64,000 bases of DNA, taken from Takakia lepidozioides (Eukaryota > Plantae > Bryophyta). Positions 52,661 to 64,000 of this stretch are shown piece by piece (positions within the stretch are counted from its first letter, which is position 1; each line of letters begins with the position of its first letter). Both the position numbers and the translations under genes were made by a program. The stretch is from assembly GCA_030704615.1 (NCBI GenBank), contig CM060731.1:86180001-86244000 (forward strand), read 5' to 3'. The notes below the pieces were generated by a model, which was given only the letters and a program-made list of their open reading frames with translations, did not search any database and was not told the DNA's origin.

Positions 52661-55600
52661 TTGTGTTTTTCTGTTGCTTTGTGTGGCCTTTTGCTAGGAT
52701 ACTTGAATGCATGGAAATGTTTGGATGCAGGACTCCAAAGGTTGAGGTGGTGGAGGGATCACAGGGCTCTAAAGTCCCACAGGAGGAAACGGAGGAAGCA
52801 ACTGCTGCCCCCCCCCCCTTCGAGCACGGGTCTTCCTGTCAGGCCAAACCTTGTGCGCTTCAAGGACGTGGTTTGGAAAGGCAAAGGTTTGAAGAAGAAT
52901 GCATTAGAGAAAGAGACACGCATGGCAAAGATGATGGAGAGTCGCCAACAGGGGTCCCCTTCTCCAGCAAAGAGCAGGAAACAACAGGCTGTCGTTGAGG
53001 ATACCACCTCACCGGATCAGTCTCCTTCCCCTGCAAAGAGCAAGAAGCAGAAGGGGGCAGTGGAGATTCGGACGAGAACGAAGGAATCCCCTTCCCCTAC
53101 AAAGAGTAAGAAGCAGAAGGGGGCGAAAGCAAAGGCAGAGTAGTCTCCAGCAAGACCCCTTCCGCGAGCTGAAGCTCAGTTCCTACAAGAGTTTCAGAAG
53201 GAGACCGGGGGCAAGTCGCCAGCAGCCAAGGCACCTGCTCTGACGACGAGCACTTCCATCGTAGTTGATCTTTCAGCGGATGAAGGTGCTGCTTCTCAAC
53301 ATGGGGAGCACATGGTCTCAATATGGTCTCAGCATGGGGAGCACAACTTCTCCTACCTTCTACAAGACGTTCGTGACATCAGGGGAGCTACATGGACGCG
53401 GACTCCATTCTCCCACATGATCTGCCCGCCTACATAAAGAAGAATACAGGCACGGCTGTGGGTGGTCTATCTGAACAGCCCCTTCCCCCACCCCCAGAAA
53501 TGTCGCCGGAGGATTTCCAGAGTGCAGCAAATGCCATGTTGGAGGAGACTCACAGCAGCATTGGCAGAGTTCTGGGGACCAGGGTCTTCCCTCGGACACT
53601 GCGAATTCCACTTTGTCGAATGGTCTCCCTCCCCATAGTCAAGCCTGCTCTCCCAGGGGATGTGGATAAGATAAAGTTCGCATTCAGAGAAGGCTATCGG
53701 TTGGGGTCTGCCGCCTTCTAAGTTTCCATTGAGAATGAGGTTGGTGAATCGCGTGGCCCATCAGCGGAAGAATTAGCAGCTTGGGGTCCCCACTGGCACA
53801 CTCGCAACGAAGAATTCGAGAAAATGCTGAAGGATGATCCAATGTTTGGACATATGGCGGGGAAAATGTTTTATGTTGGGAACGGGAATCATGGTCTTCT
53901 TGCATAGTGGGAGTACTTCAAGTAGAACCTCCCTGAGGAAATGCAGTGGCACTCCATGGTGGACTGTGTGATCCTGAAGATCAAGGCAACAGACTCCTCC
54001 CTGTTGAAAAATGCTATGGCAGACCTGAACATGTAAGATTCTTATTCCCATCCCATTGAATCCCCAAATGCGATGCCGCATTCCATTTTCTTTCAATTTC
54101 TGTATTCCGAATGTTATTTGCGCACTTCCGTGGACTGAATTGGAGAGTGGGCCTTGCAGGGTCACTGAAAATGCATACGTGCATACCCATATGGCACATA
54201 TGTTGTACAAGGTGAGGAAAACAGGTCTGACTGAGCCGTCTAAGTTCGCCCAGCTGCTGGATCCGGAACTCATTCAAAAATCGGAGGCGAAAGCAGACCG
54301 GACATGGTATTGGCTTACTATGGATACAATGGTGGAGGTGGTATACGAAGTAAGTCATGCTCCCATTTCCCGCACCTGAGCTTTCTTCAGTTTCATCTCT
54401 TCTGTGCAGATGAATTGAATCTAATGTTGGTGCATTTGGTTGTTCGCAGCCAAATATCAAGTTGGATTTGGCCCATGCCAAACGCTTCTTCATGGAAAGT
54501 GAGGGGCTGCCCAAAATAGTGCAAGCATTGACGGACTACTTGAAGGAAGCCGGGGTGAACTCGAGAATCAAATACAAGTCAAAACTTGTGAAGCTGGTGG
54601 CCATTGCAGATCCGACTGTTGGAAAGGATTTCGTGCCAGAGATTGTAAAACATTATTCTCGGGCCATACACCCGATTGGAGAAACTGCATCACGTCTCAA
54701 TGGCTTGTGTTGATGCGAAAAAAAAGGTAAGGTTGCTCTGTACTACATTTCCTTTTGGGCAATAGCGATTGTACTTCCTCTTCCTGACATTGGATTGGAA
54801 ATGGCAGACAAGGCGGCTGTCAATCTGGAATGCAGCGGAGAATATAAGGACCATGTGGTCTTTCCCACTCAAAATTTCCGACCCTGCCGTGGATGTGTGG
54901 CTCAACCACATGACTTGGTGGTTCCAGGTAATTCAAGGTACTTCCTTTCATTTCCATTACTTTCATTTCTTCAATGCATGAGCCAGTGACAATGGATCAA
55001 CTGGAATGCAAGTAATGACGAATGTGAAGGAACAACTTAACCTCCTAACCGGCCAGTTCAGAGCTTGTACATAAAGTGGGATGGAACACAGAGCATGGAA
55101 GACTATGTGAACCATTTCAGAATTGCCTACAAGGAGTCCCTCTTCTTTAGGGAGCTCCAGACAGCAAGAAGAAGCGTGGAGTTCACACATCAAGAGGGGG
55201 CCGGGAAAGCAGCCATGCGAATTGTGTTCAGGTAAGCACTAACAACATTTTTCATGCACCTTTGCACGGTTTCTGCAAAACCTGGGATATGCGGGTCTAC
55301 TGGGAAATGCGGCACCGCATTTGCAGTTTCTGCTGCGGATGGTACTCTGCAGGGACAATGTTTGAAAACAGCAAATACGGCACCGCATTTCAGTCCAATG
55401 TGTATGTCAGCCCAGAATTGCATCTGCTGGTATTACGCACAGCTGACGCATGTGGTGTGTATTGCAGGTATATCAAATATGTCCTCGTTAAGAGCGGGGC
55501 TCTGGCAAGGGAGCCCCCGTTTTTCTTAGCTTGGAGGACACCAGGCCCGGCCTCTATTTACACAGCTGACATTGAGAAAGAGTGGCATCCCGAGCATCTA

Positions 55601-55750
55601 GTTGCTTGCCCCTGGTACCTGGACATATCGGGCGGAGTTGTGGACGAATCTGGGACAGAAATGCATGGGGAAGCCAAAAAAAAGAAAAAATCGTGTCCAT
55701 GCTGGTCCAATGCAGCCAGGGGAGGCTGCTGCTCTCAAAGAATCCATGAA
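52661..55750 (+). pseudogene. MULE cargo copy C (ParB exon and middle exons, truncated before the MTase); A-like subfamily
   Basis: IPLCRMVSLPIVKPAL..GYRLGSAAF, GKMFYVGNGNHGLLA, IADP, HMTWWFQ, CPWYLDISGG; several stops. GAAATGCGGCACCGCATTT palindromes in introns at ~54066, 55305 and 55373. Confidence 0.85.
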
Positions 55751-55871
55751 AGTGTCGATCAATTTTTCGGATCATAATTTAGAATAGCATATTTTCTGTA
55801 CATTAGTATACATTATATGAAGTTTAGTACGAAATCCTAGTAAGAAATCATAAAGAAAATGAATTCTAGCA

Positions 55872-56480
55872 ATGGCAGAGCCGGAGGACCAGTCGAATGA
55901 CAACTCCCTGATTTCGGGGTTGACAGACCATGTGGCACTAGAATGCATTGCACGGGTGCCTCGCTCGTATTATTTACCGTTGAAAGGTGTTTGTAAAAAA
56001 TGGCAGAATGTTTTATCGGTGGTTGATGACGAAGGCCGCAATGACGTCCTTGAGACTTGAAAACGGGTGGAGATCAAAGAAAAATGGTTATACATGCTGG
56101 CTGGGCCTGCATACAATGCCCAGTATCCCATAGGTAAGTAGAAGTGGTGGCCGTTTGACCTCGTTAGTACGCGGTGACGATGTCTGGATTACACATTTGA
56201 AGTGTCTGACAGGGAGCCGGCAGTTACATGAACGCAGCTTTTGGTTCGCGGACAGTGCTCTAGAGGCTACATGGTATGGAGGTATGATTTAGAGACCAAC
56301 AAGTAGTCTTCAACGCCAAGAATGATTAAGGATCGATGTCTTTTTGGATCAGCAAACGCAGGCAATAATACCTATATTGCTGGAGGATCTCACCAGCAGA
56401 CAACTCTCAAGACAACACTACAATTCGCTATTTCAAGCATGGGAGCCCCTCCCCAACGTCAACATAGCACGGAAGTGGAA
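55872..56480 (+). pseudogene. F-box/kelch-repeat pseudogene
   Basis: LISGLTDHVALECIARVPR..LKGVCKKW (F-box); RCLFGSA..YIAGG (kelch); multiple stops. Confidence 0.8.
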
Positions 56481-56649
56481 TTCAATTGGAAGAACAAGGG
56501 AAAATGTGGACCGCGGGATGTTGGCCAATCAAGGGTGGCGATCCCACTCTCCAATCGGATGAATGTTCTTGGATGAGAAGCATCATTCATGTGAATTTAA
56601 ACGAATCATGTACCCAACTTAAATGGCATGTACCAACTTAAGTTGGTCA

Positions 56650-56810
56650 TGTATCCATAGATGAAAATCAGTGGATGGATGAAAAATCTAGGGATGGAAA
56701 GTGGATGAATGAAAAATAGATGGATGAATTTCAAGGATGGAAGATGGATGAAAAGTTAGCAGATGGATGAATTTGCAGGGATGAAAAAAGGGTTTTATGG
56801 ATGGCTGAAA
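56650..56810. repeat. TGGATG(AA) short-motif cluster
   Basis: About a dozen GGATG-containing motifs; similar motifs at 270-500. Confidence 0.6.
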
Positions 56811-59577
56811 TTGGAAGTTTTTTTTATATGTAAATTGCTTTCCAAGTCTTTGGGTTTTATTAACTAGCTCTTACAAACCTGAGCCCCCATAGTGCTTATA
56901 GTCGGGATGAGATTCATATCCCTTCACAAAACACCTAACTAGACTCAGGGATGAATGGTAAATACTTCTTCCCAATGCCCCTCCAATTCCCAATGCCCCT
57001 CCAATTCCCGGGTGTTTGAGTTCAAGTTACCCTCAGGGCAGGGCTAAATCCCTCCCTTAAACTCAATTTGCAGTTGAAGGGGGTCCAAATAATTCAATAG
57101 CTCAATGGCTATTTCTACATAATAAACAATGCACAACAATAATTAATAAATAAAAAAAATATCCCCTGGAGGTGCTATTAGATCTTTGGGATCCTTAGGA
57201 GATTCCCCATCCAACGAGTATTTTTCTGACTTTTGCTCGCCAACACCCGAAAATGAGCGCATGAAAAAAGAAACCAAGCACGCTTGCAAGCAAAATGTGA
57301 TTGACACAACAAACAGAAAGCGAGCTAAAAGCTTGATTAGAGAATCCCTGATTGTAGCTGCGAGGACACAAGATGGAGAGAGATACCGTACTTACCTAGC
57401 TTATTAGGCAATAATTAATTCAAAATCATGTGCCCAATTAAATTTAGAACATTTTTGGAAAACGTGCCTAAAACTTGGAAAAATTTCCTGAGAAGTAACT
57501 GCTCGAAAATTGTGAAAAACTACCAAAATGTCCAAATATGTGGAAAAAATGCCTAAATTGTATTATTAAAGTCCAAAAAAATGGTAAAAATACCTACAAT
57601 TTAAAATTTCATGTCCACATAACTTCCAAAGGGCCGTGCATTGATAATAGTTTTTGAGGGAGGTAAAAAATAATTGTTGAGGTAATATCTATCTTCAAAA
57701 ACCATTATATTTTTTAAAGAGAAAAATTACCTCAACAATAGTTTTTGAGAGAGGAAAAAAATAATTGTTTTATTATGTTATTATGGATGTGGTGCCTTTG
57801 GATAAGAACCGTAGATCCTTTATAAGAATGGATGAATGTTTTCTCAAACCAACTATATTAAGGCTCATCCTAAGATCTAACAACTATGGAGGTGTGCTAA
57901 CAAAGAGGAGAGCCATATTTTCATAACACATATCAAATAACGCTCTAGTCATGCCATTTTCAAGTGTAAATTTTTACAGAGCAAAGATTTCATAACATTA
58001 AGGGTGACATAACAAAAAAGCAGGTAACATTTATCCAGGGTCGACTGTAATACATGCCTAATGTTTGGAAATTACCTAGGTGAGGTGAAATATAATAAAA
58101 AGGAATCTGCCTAATAATATTCCATTACGCTAGGTAAGTACGGTAGAGACTAGAGACCAAGTTCCCGCTCCCGCCACCTGCCACATTGCCGCCACCTTTC
58201 GCACGTGCCGGGGGCCTGCTGCTGTTCGCACGGGCGGGCATGCAGCCCCGCTGGCACTTGTCACTGGCAAATGCCCAGCCCCCCGCCCCACAATATTGCC
58301 TGCCACGTGGTGAAGTCAACCCTATTGGGGGACCCCCAAACCATTGGATTTTGGATACCCGTGGGCACTCAAAATATTCCTGACGGTGGTCCTTTAGATT
58401 TTTTAGGGTGCCATCAACACAACAGGGGGTGCAGAATTTAATGGCTACATTTTTTATTCAGAGCTCAAATTCATCCAACTTCATTTGCACATATTTTCAT
58501 CCAATCGAAACGGGTCGCGTCATCCTTAGGGGTTAAGGTCCAAGCTATTTTTAACATTAAGGCAGTTGTAGATCCAAGTGAATATGTAGTCTTTGCCTTG
58601 GGGCAATGCTATGTTCAAAACTTTGCAGGAATTTGCAGGAATTTTGAGAAAATTTCCTTTGAATTTTGAGTGCACTTACCCTGCATGAAGGAACCTTCGT
58701 AACCCTATTGGCTCATAGTAAGTTACAGGCCGTAACGCATGGCTTACAGTTTGTAACAGCACTCTTAACAGTTCTCACATGTAAATAATTTCTTTTTCTT
58801 CTGCACAGAAAATGGCGACTGAAATGATGGAAAGAGCACCCCCCAAGAAAGCCGTGAAAGGACTTGGCTAGCAAAAGGATTGCAATGTGACAAGAACTTT
58901 TCTAAGAAATTCTTTATGCTAGATAAAGAACCCCTAGGCGGTGGCTCACCCATTCTCACGTTCTCACATTCACCACTCCGACTATCCTCGCGGCCAAAGC
59001 TCAAATAGGGGAAGCACTTGTAGGGGTGCTTTACCCTCCACCAAACATTCGGGAATCTGCGGGTGCAAACTCATTGGATGAGAACCACATGGATGACAGG
59101 AAGTCCTTCCATGGATGATAAAACTCCCTCTGTTTTTTGTCCAGGCACAGCCTTTATGGGGGATGAGTCCAGACAAAAACAGAAAGTGACGTGGCAGACT
59201 TGGACTGGATTCAACAAACTTACCACAAAAATAAGCGTTCAATGGAGCGACGCCGACGTCAGTACCTCCGAGTCGGGACCAAAAGACATTGTTTTTCTTG
59301 CATACTCTGCAAAAAACAGAAAAAACGATTAAATCATTTGTTGCAACGTAAAGCCCTATAAGATTTTTTCCTATAGCTTTATGGGGCTAGTTATAGAGCA
59401 GAATCGGGGGTATTAGGGCCTCACACGTGAGCTCCCTCGTGGGCGTGTGAGCTCCCCCGTGAGCGGGAGCTTACGCGTAAGATCCCTGCAACCCAGGGAA
59501 AAACGTGTAAGGCTCATCCAGCCGCTCATCCAGCCTTGGATCTACGGCATACGCAGGGTCCCGTCGGGCTTTACGCA

Positions 59578-61350
59578 GGGTGAGGCATTATCCCGCGGGG
59601 CTTCCAGTTAGGGAATAGCAAAAAGGCCGTGTCGCGGGACGCCATAAAAATGATAGTTTTGGGCTGGCCTGGGGCGCTGCCCGGGGGTCTAGGCCATGGA
59701 CCAAGCGAGGTCTGGGCCTGGGACTGGATGTCCTGCAACCCCAGTCCATACAGGGAACTCATTGGGAACAAATTTCGGCCGCTGCCCGTCCTTTCCTATT
59801 GTCCTGGGGTTGCAGTGGCCCGGGCTGAGAAAGCCCGGGAAAGATTCTCTAGCCCTGGGTACATATTCCCTGGACCCGGGGAAATATTCTTTATAACCAC
59901 AAGGTTTGTAGCCACAAGGTTGTGCAAATATAAAGTCAGTCCCACCTTCAGCCTGCTCCTCGCAACCTTCTGCCACACTACCCGTGTGTCCGTGTACCAA
60001 AGCGTACCATAGCAAAAGCTTATCGCAGAGGAGTCTTTGTTTTAATGTTCTAGTGTTGATTGTGAGGTTGCTGTCTTCTCTCTCTCCTTTCGCAGTTAGC
60101 AGTGCACAATGTCGCACTGTCGAACAAACCAATCAATATCAACCAAGCATGGTCGGCCGTGGCCGAATGAAAATTGAATAATGAATATTGCCAATCAACA
60201 CTAGAACAAGTAGATTTGTTACTGATAAACAAAAGACTAGCATGGAGAAACTTTAGAGTTTTCAAGGCTGACTCTCTAATGTTGGCTCTTCACAAGAATA
60301 GTTGGACACGGTTTGTTGTATAATGGTCGATCCAGGTGGAAAATCACAGAAATCAAATTCACATCTTGAACAGTGCACATGGTATGTCCTATGTGCAGCT
60401 TTGAGGCAAGGTGGAACTCCACACGGAGGGCTTTGGGAGGAGGATGTGGAACTGGGAACCTGTGGACGATTGCTGGATGTGTGATCCGAACTGGGCACAA
60501 AACAGGCAGTCCCTGGCTGACTGCGCAATTGGATTCGGTAAGGATGCTACTGGTGGAAAAAATGGCAAAATTTACACGGTCACTGATGACGATGTCATCA
60601 ACCCTGCCCCGAGCACATTGCGGTATGGTGTCCTTCAAGATGAGCCTCTCTGGATTGTTTTTGAGCGCAACATGAATATCCAACTCCAGCATGAACTCAT
60701 TATGAATAGCTACAAAACGATCGATGGCCGGGGTGCCAAAGTCCACATTGCTTGGGGCGCAGGCTTAACTATTCTATTCTTTTCGAACATTATCATCCAT
60801 GGAATTCACATTCATGACATTGTTCATACTGGCCCTGCAATTGTCCGAAGCAATCCCCAACACTATGGCCACAGATTATGGAAGAGTGTCAAGGATATGC
60901 AAAGGATCTGATAAAAGTGTGAAGTCCCAGGCAGTCAAGGAATATTCGTTTGGAATATTTCTCGGGTGTCTTCATATCCCATGATAAAGAATATTTCCCT
61001 GGGTCCAGGAAATATGTACCCAGGGCTAGAGAACCTTTCTCGGGCTTTCTAAGCCCGGGCCACTGCAACCCCAGGACAATAGGAAAGGACGGGCAGCGGC
61101 CGAAATTTGTTCCCAATGAGTTCCCTGTATGGACTGGGGTTGCAGGACATCCAGTCCCAGGCCCGGACCTCGCTTGTTCCATGGCCTAGACCCCGGGCAG
61201 TGCCCCAGGCCAGTCCAAAACTATCATTTTTATGGCGTCCCGCGACACGGCCTTTTTGCTATTCCCTATTCCAGTACCGAGGCCCTGTAATACGAGCCCC
61301 AGGATTACAGGGCCGAGGTGCTGGAAGCCCCGCGGGATAATGCCTCACCC
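59578..61350. mobile_element. Non-autonomous long-TIR element (Pack-MULE-like) carrying a gene fragment
   Basis: Inverted repeats of >300 bp at 59578-59894 and 60984-61350, starting GGGTGAGGCATTATCCCGCGGGG. No TSD seen. Confidence 0.8.
60442..60875 (+). pseudogene. Captured pectate lyase (PL1) fragment
   Basis: [63 protein letters not shown]; truncated at both ends. Confidence 0.92.
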
Positions 61351-62073
61351 TACCTAAGTTATATACTTACCGCCTGTTATTCACAGCTGAAGTGGTGCGT
61401 GCAAACTGGGAGTGGGACGTGTTGCCCCCACAGCGCACACCCGTGACCCGGCTTGCTGCTGCAATTCTTCAACTCATTTTCTCATGGTGCAATTTTAACA
61501 GACAGGTTTCGAATTTTCATTTGCAGTCAGGACAACGTGCGATCTCGGGCCTGCCCGCGCTGCCCGCGCTCGCCTCCCGCGTGGGAAGCCTGACTCCCTC
61601 AAGACTGAAATTCTCCCAAGGTAGGTAGGCGTCTGAGGCTACATGTAGACTATACACGTTCCGCTCCCTGTCACACCGTACATTTATTACTGATCCATTC
61701 CTTTCCTCCCAAAGTGTGAATGGAGGTACAAAGGAAGCAGAGGCTCTGGACACCTCATAAAGAGCAAAGCCGTCTGTCCCTACCACCCTCCTTATTATCG
61801 TTCCCTTGCTTCTGCAGGCTGCCTGTCATCACCACCTTCTCTCTCTCTTCCAAGTGCAACCTATTCTGCTCCTTTTCAACACACTGTCTCTCTCATCCCG
61901 CCCAATTGTTTATGAAACAGCTACAGTAACCTTTTAGCTTGATCACTTCAAGCGCAGTATGCGCATGTCTAGTAGGTGCTTGTTCCCCTAGCTCTCATGT
62001 TCAATCGCACATAGCCTTCCTGCCGAGAGAGGCCTCACCTGGTCCTCTCTCTCCATCCGTCTCTTGTCTCACA

Positions 62074-64000
<1,927 letters not shown>

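Noticed and set aside
59410-59535. CGTGAGC cluster as another terminus of the MULE family
   Set aside because: The motif is similar, but it does not fit the 21-nt end pattern and has no TSD or partner end.

Overview
Repeat-dense eukaryotic DNA from a land plant, judged by spliceosomal introns, PLS-class PPR, F-box/kelch, pectate lyase and serine carboxypeptidase-like (SCPL) sequences; the species cannot be determined. Most of the window is nested transposons, plus a ~9.6-kb array of 442-bp repeats and one apparently intact host gene (SCPL, 62074 onward). The main result is a Mutator-like (MULE) DNA transposon family. One copy is fully delimited (14015-24982, 9-bp TSD TCTCACAGC, inserted in an RNase H + restriction-like-endonuclease LINE). 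It carries a GCM-like/DDE/SWIM transposase and, divergently, a ~10-exon cargo gene fusing a ParB/Srx-like domain (DGNHR) to a bacterial-type beta-class N6A/N4C DNA-methyltransferase fold with a non-canonical DIPD motif. Three more cargo remnants (2.7-5.8, 34.5-34.9, 52.7-55.7 kb) and a second transposase (7.0-10.2 kb) are also present. Each cargo subfamily sits with its own arrays of a TGCG-N4-CGCA palindrome in introns and flanks, which suggests a self-recognition or self-marking system. A SET-like ORF lies next to a CACTA transposase remnant. All domain calls come from reading motifs by eye; no database searches were run.
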